A stretch of DNA of 64,000 nucleotides from Callorhinchus milii (Eukaryota), in NCBI RefSeq assembly GCF_018977255.1, contig NW_024704757.1, forward strand, positions 13,640,001-13,704,000, given 5' to 3'. Positions 51,538 through 64,000 of this stretch are shown in pieces. The notes beneath the pieces are model-generated. The model made no database searches. It was not told where the DNA came from and worked only from the letters and a program-made list of their open reading frames with translations. The position numbers and the translations under genes were made by a program. Each line of letters begins with the position of its first letter. Position 1 is the first letter of the stretch.

Positions 51538-53149
51538 GAAGGGACTTTTGACGATATTCCTATTTCCAGGAACTGAGCCTATTCTAACACCTAACTCACC
51601 AACCTGATGACGATGTTTATTTTTAAATATCAGTGGTAAGAGAGAGCCTTGGTGACTCTGCTTCAGATAATTTAAATATAGTCTCTGCCGAGTCCTGATG
51701 GTTTGGTTGAGACATGGCTGTAGGGTGGGGGGGGTGTGGGGCTGGGGGTGGCTGTGTGGGCGGGTGGGTGTGTGTGTGCATGCGCCTGTGTTCGGTGGGA
51801 CAAGACTTCATTAAATTGCATTTCAAGTGCATGTGTAAATTTAGCTTAGGGAAAAGTGGTAGCTGACAGCTCAGCAACTGTTGAGTGGCATTCTTCAGCA
51901 AAGCTCCACTGAGTATAAAGTGTGGGTTGAGCACATCTCATCCCAGTGAAATAAAACACCCAAATACTCTGCGCCGAAGCAATGGAGAATTTCTCTGAGA
52001 TCTTAAACAAACACCAACTTTGAGCTAATGACAAGTGGAATAAACCATTGTGTTCTCTTCCGCACACTGAGATTTCCAGTGCTGATCAAGATTGTTAAGC
52101 GTTTATTGCATCTTGCGCTTCAAATGATTTTTTTCTTCTTCTTACAAACGCAGCAACATTGACATTGATGAGTTAAGGAATTGACGTTCGCGGACAAAGA
52201 AAAATGAGTGGAGGTTAAAAAGAAACTAAACAGCAGACTTTGCAATATTGCAGGCGTGCGTTTCTGCGCTGGCTTCGCTGGATGTAGCTGGTGAAGAGCA
52301 AATGCCACGGTTCACAGTTGTGCGTAAGCGGACTTATTAATAGAAACACTCGGCAGCAACAAACAAATAGACTTTATTTAGCCAACTTGCTATCGCGTTA
52401 GAATAACACAGAACAAAGAGAGTGGACAGCCTGGAGTTTGAAATCTCAGATACTTGTGGAGCCAAGGACCATTCTTAATAATAACCAGTGGGTAAACTCA
52501 CCCAGAGGGAAAGCAGATACAATCCTGTTATCACAGCTCCATTGGATGCATGTCTATTTGGAGCTCCCCCTTCTCCCTCATACCATAAAAAAAGCACGGA
52601 AACCTTCATACCATGGACTTCAATCTCCACCCTCGGCCTGAAATTCTACTGAGTTTTAGCCTGTAGGGACTTTTTTTTTAATATAAAGATTGTGACGAAT
52701 GGTGGAAAATTCTTAAATTCGGTCTTAATCTGAAAGTGGTTCAAGATCATCAGAAAACCAGCAGTTTTCAAGGTGAAGGCTGATTTTAAGAAGTTTTCCA
52801 TAATTCTGCACAATCTTAGAGTTCAGGTGAAACTGTATGACTGTCAATTTATTGTCTAGAGACTCAGATACGTAAATGGCCATTGGTTTGTGAGAGATCA
52901 GAGGTGTGTTTGGTATTCAGACAATTGGAAATCATGTTGATCCAATAATAAGATGTTATTGTATGTAAGTTTACACTATACACAACAGAACAAACTACAG
53001 GGGAATAGAATGGGTCTCCTGGGTCTCAATTTACATAGCATTTCAGAACAGTCAAAATGTTGGCAGGTTGTTGTATTTAGTCTCGACTTTGAAGTCGCTT
53101 TTCTGTAGTTCTTAAAATAAACTTACAGATGGGGGTGGGCGCTAAGGTT

Positions 53150-53230
53150 TGTGGCTGTTGAATCAAGAAAGCCAACACAGGCACAATGGACTAAATGGTC
53201 TCCTTCTGTGCTATAACATTTCTATGGCTC
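53150..53230 (+). mobile_element. CR1 LINE 3' end
   Basis: caacacaggcacaatggactaaatggtctccttctgtgctataacatttctatg. Confidence 0.75.
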
Positions 53231-56200
53231 TTGAGAAATTCTTGATTGCATCAAAGAGGGAAGCATCAAACAATAATCATTAATTATTACAGTACAGTGC
53301 TCATAAAATAATACCCTGCAATTTTTCCATGTCTTTACCACAACTCTTAAAACTAGAATTCCACTTGAAAAATCTCCTAACATGAGTCACCCTCTCCCTT
53401 CCCACTCATGATGGCTTTTGTTGGAATTAAATTAGATTTACCAATCAAGTCCCATATGCTTTCCCCCCACCCCCCCAATACAGGGCAGTTTTATATAGTT
53501 TGTCTCCAAAAACAACACTCGAATAATTCATGGTAGCCAGGTACAATAGTGTTCCCGCTGGGTTAAGTCAAGGCTCCTCAAATTTAAAAGCCGCTACATC
53601 AATTCAATCTGTTGGGTAATGTCCTTATGCTGGCATTTTGTAATGACGGTAACATTCCAACAAATCAATAGTTATTTAATTCCCAACAAGCTCCCAAGTC
53701 CATTAAACCTGATTACATTCACCAGATTCAGCTGTGTGCAGTTATTTTTCGTACCCCGGCACTTAATCTATAAAAGGAACTTATGAGAACTTTCAGAAGC
53801 AATTTCAGCATCAATCAGCATAGAGCAGAAGGTGCGATTCTGTGCAATCATTTACTGGCTGAACTGGAGATAGCCTGTGTAGCCTGTGGATGCTAACATG
53901 TGAACTTCGCCCCCCAAAAAATTGGGATGGATGTGGAAAGCTACAGCACAGGTCCACATCTATTAATGTTCGCTCTTGTATGAAGAACAGCTTCCACACA
54001 CTGGTGCCAGGAAGTGTACTGAGCTTTCAATATCAATAATAACTTTCCATGGATCAATACATTTATGCTTTATATACCTCTGTCCTATATTGAGTAAAGG
54101 CTTAAATGGAGGAGATGAAGAGCAGGAAAATTAGGGGCTCCAGGCTTTCTTAACCAGGCTCGCTTTTCCTCCCTGGTCGAAAGATTTCAGTCCGAGTGAA
54201 GCAAAGTGCAAATATCCAGTTAGATTCAAGCCCAAACAAGTAGAAATTCCAAGTCTCTAGGTTGTGTGAATAAATGATGATTCTGGCGTCAGTTTGTATT
54301 GTTGCACAGACCCTGACCTTTTTATTCTCTAAAATGCTTCAAGACCTAAACTGCTGCTAACATCATTAGGCATTTTACACGCTCCCTGAGCAGTTTAAGT
54401 TTGTTTCCACTGTTAGGCTTTTTTATGTTCAGAAGAGCAACATCCACAAAACGACGCTGCTCATTCCGAAATAAATGCTCTTCTGCCTTCAATAAATTCC
54501 CAGACAATGCGAAGCACACATTGATCGTGGCAATGTAACTATTCTTATTATACGTTTCAAGATTGGATCAAATAAGCAAACTTTTGCGGAAATAAATATT
54601 CATTGCAATGCTATGCTAATGGTTTTGGTGAAGCCAGAGGCGAATGTGTTAGTGTTAATATTCCAGAACACGATTTCAATTGGAGTACCGCATTTAAAAA
54701 ATATATATATATATATACACACATTGCTACACACAGCCCACATAGAAAGTTTGATTTCTCATTAAGTCTCCTAACAATCCGAAGTAATGAAAGAAATGTT
54801 TCTTGCAGTGAGTGAGAGGCTGAAATGTGTGGCTTAGGACTCTACTGAGTATTGAAATTCCTACTAAACTTCGAAACGCAATTCAGTTACTGTCAAAAGT
54901 CCTTTTAAGGGCTGCTGTGGATTCTTCAGCATTTCCCTTATTCCCCACACTAAAGCACTTAACTCTAAGCCATATCATGATAAGTTACTTTGCCTCTTGT
55001 TCTGCCGTGGGAGTGCTGAGTCCCTTTGTAAGCTGGGGATGGATGGCAAATCCCTTGCCCTGTGGTCAACCTCGAGAAGTGAAGGCATGAATGTTAAGCA
55101 GCGGACAGATCAATACCAGCGAATATAGCTCAACTACACCATTTATTCAGCCATGAGAGATGTCAATACATAGATTAGGGTGATCCATCTTTTTGATTTC
55201 CTACTGTCTTCCATTGACTACATGAGGGCTTTTGCCTGTATTAAGAGTGTTTGCCTTCTCAACCATAAAAATTCCAATTATTACTCTAAGTGCACTGGCG
55301 TTAAGTTGCTTGTTGGAAGTGGCCTTGCATTACCTGAACAACTCCGGTGAAGTATTGGGCTGTCGGCAGAATCATGGACAGACTGTAGGGATGCAGCAAG
55401 GCTCCTTGCGATGACAGCATTGTATCACGACCTTTCCTTTGCTGGTTCTAAACACTGGGATTCATCAGCCGAAGGTTAACACAAGCGAGGGGAAATGTAT
55501 GCTGGTGTCCTGGGTTCTCCTAAACCACACAGCGAGATCAGAGGTAACAGTTACAGGTCTACGAGTTAGATCAGCAGGCAGCAAATCTTTGTGAGTCAGC
55601 AAGTATTAACATTAAAAATTTCACTAAGATACCCAGATAGAGACAAACAGCAGCTGCATAGCCTAGAGTACCGAGAAGGAAGATGCTATTCTGGACTGGT
55701 TCATCACATGACAACTCCACACTTTTTTTTAATCTTAATATATACACCAAGCAGGAGACCTGCGCTCCAGGAGGCCAAATCAATTGGCTGACGTCAAAAA
55801 TAACATGTCCCAGGAAATGGGTAAGTTGCAAACAAATCCTTAAAAAAGTAACCCATTTACCTTGTAATATCCAACAAAAACAGGGTACTCGATTAGACAC
55901 TCTGCTTAATTTCTTAGCTTGATTAAAAGTTTCAGACCCAAGATCTGATGCATTGGCCAATTATTTGACATCACGCCCCGGCTGTTTGGTGGTAATTGGT
56001 TCTCGTGTATCACTGAAATTCGATCACAGGCCACAGGAATGTCCCAACAACTGCTTGCTGAGCCCTTGCACTGACAAATAGCACTGCTAACTTTAGACAC
56101 CACGCTCAGACTCCTTGCTGTGCTAACACGAGGATCTGGGCATGACAGCTATCGGATGACGACACGACTTTTCTTTTGGACGAACTTAGCGTTCAAAAAC

Positions 56201-56407
56201 TCAGTCAACATATCCAGCCATAGAACATTCTACCCTCGGTTTAATTTTGAGCCCTACGACTGATACGTTCAATATTTCTCCATAGCACTTCCATTATGGT
56301 GGCAAAAACTGGGCTAATTGTCAGTTTACAAACTGACTTAACAACAAACTGCTATGTCGTAGGGTTGGCCAGATTGACCCCTGATTCACTGTCCCTTTGT
56401 GTGAGAT

Positions 56408-56560
56408 CTTCACAGAATATACTGTCAAGTGAATGGACTGCATATTGGGGCCCACAAAAGTGTACTACAGTCAATTCACTTTACAGTGTATTCTGTGAAG
56501 CGCTTTGAGACTTCTCAAAGATGTGATTAAGGTGCTATAGCTAATGCAAGGATTATTATT
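56408..56560. mobile_element. Fold-back (inverted) SINE tail
   Basis: Arms 56408-56440 and 56468-56500 match at 30/33, apex ggggcccac. The + arm continues to the (att)n tail. Confidence 0.9.
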
Positions 56561-57075
56561 AACTTCATAAAGCTGGCTCAGTATTGTTATTCTATTACTG
56601 GAGAGGGGTTATAGGAGAGGGGAATAGGAGGGTGCTGATGTGGAGTACGAACACTGATACCGACTCGAAAGTGATTCAATAACAGACGACTGATGAAGAT
56701 GATCTATCAGAACACCCGGGTCTACTCACTAACAATGTTTAATTACTCAAATGACAGTACACGCTTTAGTGAAGAACTCTGGCTGAACTTGTCCTTGTGT
56801 ATGTAACAAATAATTTCACAGTTGCAGTGTAACCAGCACAATATCTTCTGAGGCAGCAATAATTTTAACACTGAAAATAGATGATTAATTGCTTTTCAAT
56901 TTTTACTGTTCTGCTCTTTCTCCCCGCACCACCCCCCCCCCCCCCCCCACACACACACACAAACCAATTTTTGCACTTAAAGAACATAAAGCAAATCGAC
57001 AATCCTAGACCTACTTGGGTTTCCTCAATAAAAGTTGAGACATTTGATACGTGCCGTGAATCAGTCGCTCTCACT

Positions 57076-57690
57076 GCAATAACTTGCACTAATATAGCAC
57101 CCTTCACGAGGAGTACTGTCTCGGTGCACTTCAAAGTGGTGGGGACAGATGTCTCCTCTCCAAGCCTGATTTGCCTGAGTGGAGGGGGTTGGGTGGAGGG
57201 GCGAACAGAGGAGTGAAATAATAATAATCCTTGCATTTGATATAGCGCTTTTCACGTCGGGGGGACGGCCCAAAGCACTTCACAGAACACACTGTAAAGT
57301 GAATTGACTGTATATTTGTGGGCAAACGCGGCAGCCAATTGCGCACAGCAATGTCCCACAAACAGTCATAGATTGAAAATGACCAATTTATTATTGTTTT
57401 TGGTTTTTGGAGGGATTATTATTAGGCTCTGTGTGGAGTAAGGAAACTTGCCCAAGGTTTCGCCCTCTGCCTGGAATTGAACTCAGGTCTCTCGCTTGCA
57501 AAGCGAGTGCTCTAACCACTGAGCTGCAGGACTCCACAATGGGAGAAATGGGAGAAGATTGGATAGATAGGGAGTTGCTTGGGTGTGAAAGGATTTAGAG
57601 GTGGGCATGAGGACCTTGATGTTGTTCCGCTTTGAGATAGGAAGCCAAGGAGCCTGTGAGGCCTGGGGCACAAGGATGTGTTTTATGTTC
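57076..57690 (-). mobile_element. L2 LINE 3' remnant split by a young SINE
   Basis: 57539-57690 encodes WLPISKRNNIKVLMPTSKSFHTQATPYLSNLL (L2 'WLP...KIL...PYLS.LL' motif). The L2 tail lies at ~57076-57135. Confidence 0.75.
57217..57535 (-). mobile_element. Full-length young tRNA(Ala)-derived SINE, short form
   Basis: Anticodon arm CTCGC-TTTGCAA-GCGAG, A and B boxes, (AAT)n tail. About 14 differences from the 35433 copy by eye. Confidence 0.96.
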
Positions 57691-58518
57691 CTCTTCCTCA
57701 CTTGCATACGACACCCCTCACAATCCTCTCTCAAGCTCCCCCCCAAACCCCTCCCTTCCCGGACTGCCTGCCGTCTCTAAATCTCTGGACGCGTTTCAAT
57801 TAATTCCTCGTCTCAATTTCTCGCCTTTCCGCACGTGGTACTATTTAAAAAAAAATCTATTTTTAAAAGCCGATGAAAATGTATTGGTGGCGGATTGCAG
57901 GAGATCTAAAAGAAACAATTATCGATTTCTCAATTGAATCCAGGCCAGCCTAGCCATAGAGCGGAGCCATTCAGAATGCACTTGCATCTAAGGGACCAAC
58001 TGGTCTGTGCTTTGTGTAGTCGGGGAATAAGACCGCATTACCGTTATATAGAACTGCCCCTGTTGCGGGATAATTAATGACCAGACGAGGATGGAGGCTC
58101 TAAAGTTTCTACAGGAAATCGGTTTTGTTTGGAGAGTCAGAAGAAGATCTTCTACTAATTTCTCTGGAGTTTTAGGTTTTTTTTTTTCCCCTCCATGTAC
58201 CATGGTTACAATTGCAAGGAGTCATCTATCAAAAAAAAAACTGGGCGAACGTCATAATAGGGTAGAAAGGGAAGGAACAGCTAAGCTGGAAAGATTTACA
58301 GCCCAGAGTTCGCATATTAACAATCGCTTAAAACAATCACCGTTCAGCAGGTGAGAGATTTGATATGTTAAATATTGAATTTAACGGCAACATTCCTCTG
58401 TATTTTTACTAAATTTCATTTCACAACCACGCTTTTATACGTTTTGAGAATCAAGGTATCAGTGGACTTAATCATCACTGCCATCCTATGGTCTATGTCC
58501 CCTTGTGTTAAATCTTTT

Positions 58519-58625
58519 TTCGCCCACAAAATACAGTCAATCTACTTCACAGTATATTCTGTGAAGCGCTTTGAGACGTCTCAACATCATGATAAGGCGC
58601 TATATCAAACGCAAGGATTTTTTTT
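58519..58625 (+). mobile_element. 5'-truncated SINE tail starting at TTCGCCCAC
   Basis: ttcgcccacaaaatacagtcaat...gtgaagcgctttgagacgtctcaac...gataaggcgctatatcaaacgcaaggatt. Confidence 0.93.
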
Positions 58626-61600
58626 ACTATCATCTTCAAAAACAAGAATGCAAACATACGACATGCACAGTAATCAAAGTCTTCACTGCTTGTTGCTTTT
58701 CTTTTTAAAATTTTCCATACCTATTGTACTCCCTTCATCTGTCGTAGGCAGAGAACATTTCCATTCGCTAAACAAAAGAGTAGGAAACCACCAAAATAAA
58801 AGCCACACAATATATTTTTCTTGCTTTTATTTTTGTCCTTGAACATTATTTTGCACGCACATAAAAAAAAACCTTTTTACAGCAGGTTTTCTATTTGGAC
58901 TATATGTTTGCTGCTTTACGAAGGCCTTAAGAGTGTTGCTGCCATGAAACATAATGGCACACACACAAAGAGAAGTGTTCGTCTTTGAATTAAAAAAAAA
59001 TCAATGGAATTCGTAACTAACTCAAGCCTCCGAAAGAAGGCATTGTTAATTAATAAAAAAGTTTTTTTTGAAAAAAAACTTGCTTATTTAATAACTTGAG
59101 AAACAAAGATGGAAAGTTTGGATTGAAAATGAAAAGAAGCGACACTAAACAATATATTTTGTAAAAAAAATTCGCACAAAACTTTTTTTTTTTTTAAGCG
59201 AATTTTAGAATAGCTATAGTAAAAAAAAATCCCAAACAGCAGCTTTTAACTACTACACAATAGATTAATCACTGGAAAGATGCGTTAAAAAATGCACTCT
59301 TTTGCCCAATTTTGTGTCAACAATGTGATGTAGTGAATCCCCGTGAAAACACAAAATGTTAATTTAGTGTTGTGCAAAATGAATATTAACATTCAATTCC
59401 TCCCTAGGACTTGGGATTTCAGGTACAACTTTCGTGAACTTTGAATTTCATGTACAACTTTTTTTTAATATAAAAAGTAGAATGGATCATTTTGGATTTT
59501 ATATGGTGCTTGCTGCTCAAATTTTCTTTGTTTCAGTTGATGGTTATTAGCCTGAACAGGCCATTAAGTAAGTGACGGTGAAGTTAACAACAGGTCTGGA
59601 ACATGAGGTATTAATGAGAGCAAATTATTTCAATGTTCAGTACGTGCCCATCAGTCCTAACTCATCTCTTTTGATTCATACTTTGCTCACGTAACCACAG
59701 CTCACGTTTAGTTCTGTTGTACAAAATTACGCTTTTCACTTGAAATCTTTTGGTTTAATGCAAAGGAAATGCTAAATTTAGTGACTGATCGCTGCAGAGA
59801 AAAAAAAAACGTGGTTAAATTATTGTTAGGCATTGAATAGAGCCAAGGGCATCTCCTAAGGTAAGCGGCAGCAATTGTGGTCCAGTGCACAATTTATAGT
59901 ACATTCATCTGTTGTTTTAAAGAGGTCCTCGAGGCATTTGAGAAGGTCTTGGGTTAGCCATGTTCAGTATGGACCACACACAGCACGCACCCACAGTAGC
60001 GGATCTCAAACGTACAAGTGTGAGGTCCTCAAATCAAGTTCCAATCAATAAAAGCAACATGCGGGGTAAGGCGAAAGGGCAGAGGCAATTAGACGAAGCA
60101 ATTGCTAATTTGTACAAGTTTCAATTTTTTTAAAACTGTTTGAAATAATGAATGCAGTAAATGTACCAACAGTTTCTGGAACCAGTTCGGGTGCTTCTCT
60201 GTATCACAGTACAGAAAGTAGCTCACCACACACTGGTTATAATAATGGAAAGTGGCTGAAACGCTAGGTGTTCAGCAGCAGTGTCAGATTTAATTCCACT
60301 CTTTAAATGTGCAGGAAACCTTAAGCAATTTCAGGTTAACCTGTTATAAAAGGCGACCTTTTTTTTTGGTTAAAATCGTGTCCGATGAAGTTAAATGATT
60401 AAAATGGAAGTGCGAGAAGAATCTGATTGAATAAGATGCGAGATATACACTTTGCATTTGTGCACTTAAGGACTTTGTTGGCATTATATAGCTATACCGA
60501 GGTACAGTATTTATACAAGTCATCAAGGAAATGTTACAACAATTGCTTTGGAAGAAATTTTCATGATAGAAAACATAATATAATCTAGTACAGCTGCTAT
60601 GTGCAGTACTAGATTACATTATGTTTGCTTTATTGGTTATTCTAGACCACACTTCTTTCTACAGAATAGTTTGTTTAATAGCCCATTAAATCTATACATA
60701 CACAAGGACAACAATAGACCAGCTGTCTGCTGCATGTGCTTCATAGACACAATCCACACAACAAAAACCCTAATATCCACAGAAAAGGACAAAATAAAAC
60801 AAAAGAAGTGTTAATATTGTGCTCCTTTGTATTTCCGTGGCCAAATATTTCTGTGCTACCAGTAAATACTGGCCTCATTTATCAGACACCTGCCTCTTCC
60901 ATGTATCTTGTTGTATTTCTATTTGCATGCTGATGAAAGACACGCCAGGATTCTGCTTACCAGTGCATAATATTACAGGCATTTTCAAACAGCAAAACAG
61001 GTCACTGTAATCTAATGTGCTACTGACAAACATAGCAGTCTCGACATTATATGGTCTCTACCCCTGAACGTAAAAACGCAACGTGCAGTCTAAAACATCA
61101 TGCTGAGCCCAAACTGAAACACTCTGCTGTTTTTTTTTGCAAAATGCAGCAATTTCATTTACCCCCCACCAGAGTCGTCAAATGAAGGGTTTTGGTGTAT
61201 TTAAGCATATAATACTTGGTATAGGTCTAACTGAGTGAATAATTTAACTTTTTAACTGCATTTGATGGGTATAATGGCTATATTCATTGCATTTGTTCAT
61301 GAACTTTAATTTGCACTTATTTTTGCATCAGCTCTGCGAATGTTGGGAGCCGTATAAACAAGAGCTGCACAATCTGTGTCCTTTGTATATTCACAGAGCA
61401 AAAGGCTGTGGCAGAAAAGTAGCACAGATCTCTGTCGATGGTTCCGATGACTACCAGCAAATACTGTAATAAAAGAAGCCTTCCAATACTCCAGTTGGAA
61501 GCACATGCTATGTGTCAGCTCCACCACCGTACCCCTAAGAAATACGCAACCATTCACCGAAGTTCTGAGACTCTGCACACCGAATCATGAGAGATTAAAC

Positions 61601-61854
61601 AATGATCCAGAATGCTTTCTGTGTGGCGCTAACCAATAACTATAAATAAATGTGGATTGAGGACGAAAACCAAATCTAAACGGTCTGAATCGAACCAAAA
61701 TGTTGACGTGGCAGAAAGGCCACATTGGCACAATGTGATAAAACACACATCTTCAATAAAAACGCCCTCATGTAGACCCAGCACTACAGTTCAATCGTTG
61801 GTGCCTGGACACCATCTTGGGGATCAAAAATATTGACCAATGCACTTGAATTCC

Positions 61855-62023
61855 TTCGCCTACATGACACCTTACAGTAAATCCTGCGAAACGCTTTGAG
61901 ATTTCCTCCTTTCACGAACGGTGCTGTATCAAATGCAAGGATTTGGTATATAATACAGCAAGTCTTGGCGAAGCACCTTGAGACATCCTGCTCATGTTAA
62001 AAGCGTTATGTAAATGTAAATTG
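61855..62023 (+). mobile_element. SINE tail starting at TTCGCC, followed by an L2 tail
   Basis: ttcgcctac...cgctttgaga...tcaaatgcaaggatt, then gaagcaccttgagacatcc...aaagcgttatgtaaatgtaaattg. Confidence 0.75.
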
Positions 62024-63406
62024 TATAATAAAGTTAAGTGTCTCCTTAAAAATGCTTTCCCTTGACCTTAAACACGTTTGTTACTTTGCCCATGGTACAA
62101 TTTCCATAGTGCTTTGGTGGCTGTATAGAATGCTCCCTGTGCCCTCCTGCTGGTCTGCATAACAAGAATACCGGTCTAGTGTTGATCTGCACCAACAGTA
62201 TATTGGGACACATTACACTCTGGCCATCAGTGATGCTTAGTAACAATGCTTTGCATCCATTTGTCTTACAGATGAGGGATCCCTGCGTTCTATTCCCCGA
62301 CAGTCTAACCTCGATCTCTTTCTTATGCCCCTAATCGTCTCACAGAGGAATCTCAGATACCCTGGCAATTATATTGTGATCTTTAGCCAGTCTTGGGATG
62401 ATTCTGATGTCTCTGGCACGTCATTGAAAAGACTTCCTCCCATCCCCTGGAAATCTGATTTGGAGTTTCAGAAGACTGACGTGTCTGCCCTTCACTAGTA
62501 TCTGTCTGCCCAAATTGATTTACGAGGACACAAAATATATGACCTGGGCAAAAAAAAATGCCCTCGAACAAAGACACCAAATTTGCTTAGAAGCATTCTG
62601 GCTCCTAACATTATCATTTTCAAAGCCAAGCTGATATATTTGGAAGTCAAGCCACAAATAATCCTGAAGTTACTGAACATCAACAATCCAGCAGCCATGA
62701 AATGACCAATTTTTAGGCCCAGATTCAAACTTTGAGGTGCTTTTGTGGTCAAAACACGCGCAACGATTGAAGGCTCCCCCGGGGAAATTGCTGGGAGGAG
62801 GTTTGTAACTTTTCAGCACTATGGGCGAAACTGATTAGAAGTTCGGAAATTTGACGATATCATTAGAACTTTGAACATGCGCTCTCAAAGCAGATTGCTG
62901 TCTGCACCAGTGAAACGAAGTATTCATTTCTCATTGGGCACCTGAAACCAGCGAATTTCATACCATGAGCTTCCAACGCAATACCTGAAGCACTGACCAA
63001 CAACACAAGGTTTTGAGGATGAGTTGGCATGTCAGGAGGTAGGGGGGGGGGGGGGAAATAAATCAGGAAAAGGTTTAAACAGAAATGGGATGCAGTTTAT
63101 AAACTAGGGAAGCATCGTCTCAGTCACTGTAGGATGCCATTTGCATTTGGATGGTTTGCATGCTCCAGTGCTGCACTTGCTTGTGCCCTCCTGAGTATTA
63201 TAAAAAGTTGTTCGCTGGCACTCAAAAAGGTATTTGATGGGCATTTGAAATGATTTATATATATGATTTATTATAGAGTAAAAGATGCTCTGTACACTGG
63301 GCCCTTTGTTTCTTTTAAACGACAAAGCAAGCACAATCAAGACACATGTAACGGAATGAAAATAACACCAAATGGATTGAAGTAAAGGTTAAGAAGTGAT
63401 ATAAGA

Positions 63407-63513
63407 AATAATAATAATCAATAATCCTTGCAGTTAATATAGCACCTTATTGCTTCGCTGAGACATTTCAAAATGCTTCACAGGATAAGCTGTAAAGTGG
63501 ATTGACTGTATTT
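63407..63513 (-). mobile_element. 5'-truncated SINE tail
   Basis: (aat)n...ccttgcagttaatatagcacctt...gcttcacagg...tgtaaagtggattgactgta. Confidence 0.85.
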
Positions 63514-64000
63514 TCTATCATTTGCATGCAAGCCACAAACTAATTCCCCCTCCTCCCACCCCACCCCAACAAATATTTAGTCCCCATACAATTTCATCAT
63601 CAAAATGCAAATGTTTGCATCAAGGAAACACAGGAGATGTTCCAGCAGGAAGTGTGGAGCTATTGTTCATTAAATATTTATGTTGAAGTCCAGTTGCAGG
63701 AAGGGCAATATAAATCTTCATTTTTACATGTTAACATCTGCTCAAGGCACTATATTTTACTGTTTTCATTTCTGAAAAAAAAAGCAGAACTACACTATCT
63801 GGTGTGATCTGCATCTCTTTATGGTAATGAGGAAGTGGCTTTGCCTATTTCTACAGACAACACAATAAAGTGCAAAAAAAAAGTGAAGGGGTGGATGGTG
63901 AGCAATGGAAAGACAAGCAGGCATGAAGCAACACTGCAAGCTAAGCCAATCAACTCTAAAATAGATCTCATCTGCCAGTTCATTTATCGTTCATAGAAAC

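Noticed and set aside
57460-57535. tRNA-Ala genes (also at 15527 and ~35680)
   Set aside because: D, anticodon and T arms are present, but the acceptor stem does not pair and the sequence continues into the SINE body. These are SINE heads.
863-63513. Dispersed palindromic GAGACGTCTC repeats as a CRISPR-like or REP-like system
   Set aside because: Spacing is irregular and kilobase-scale, they occur on both strands in a eukaryotic context, and each lies inside a SINE tail.
1-64000. ORF track entries (60-155 aa) as genes
   Set aside because: They are short, overlap in many frames, show no recognisable cellular domains, and often run through microsatellites or repeats.

Overview
This window is AT-rich vertebrate non-coding DNA, most likely from a cartilaginous fish. 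That assignment is inferred only from its repeats: tRNA-derived SINEs carrying the DeuSINE/SacSINE1-type domain and an L2-type tail, plus decayed L2 and CR1 LINE 3' ends. A chimaera such as Callorhinchus is a plausible source. I found no convincing protein-coding gene, real tRNA, rRNA or CRISPR array. The ORF track is chance ORFs and repeat-derived peptides. The window looks like part of a large intron or gene desert with repeat-poor, enhancer-like islands. I cannot support a new multi-gene system here. The most interesting signals are in retroposon structure: (1) many SINE copies are 5'-truncated at nearly the same site (TTCGCCCAC), which is the reverse complement of GGGCGAAAC at the end of the SINE's own tRNA head; (2) two fold-back (palindromic) SINE-tail insertions have their apex at that same site; (3) two different SINE heads share one 3' half, and a younger subfamily has an internal deletion. 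There are also possible hAT and Ngaro/DIRS fossils and an unassigned old repeat family. All alignments were done by eye, and family names come from memory of consensus sequences, not from a database search.
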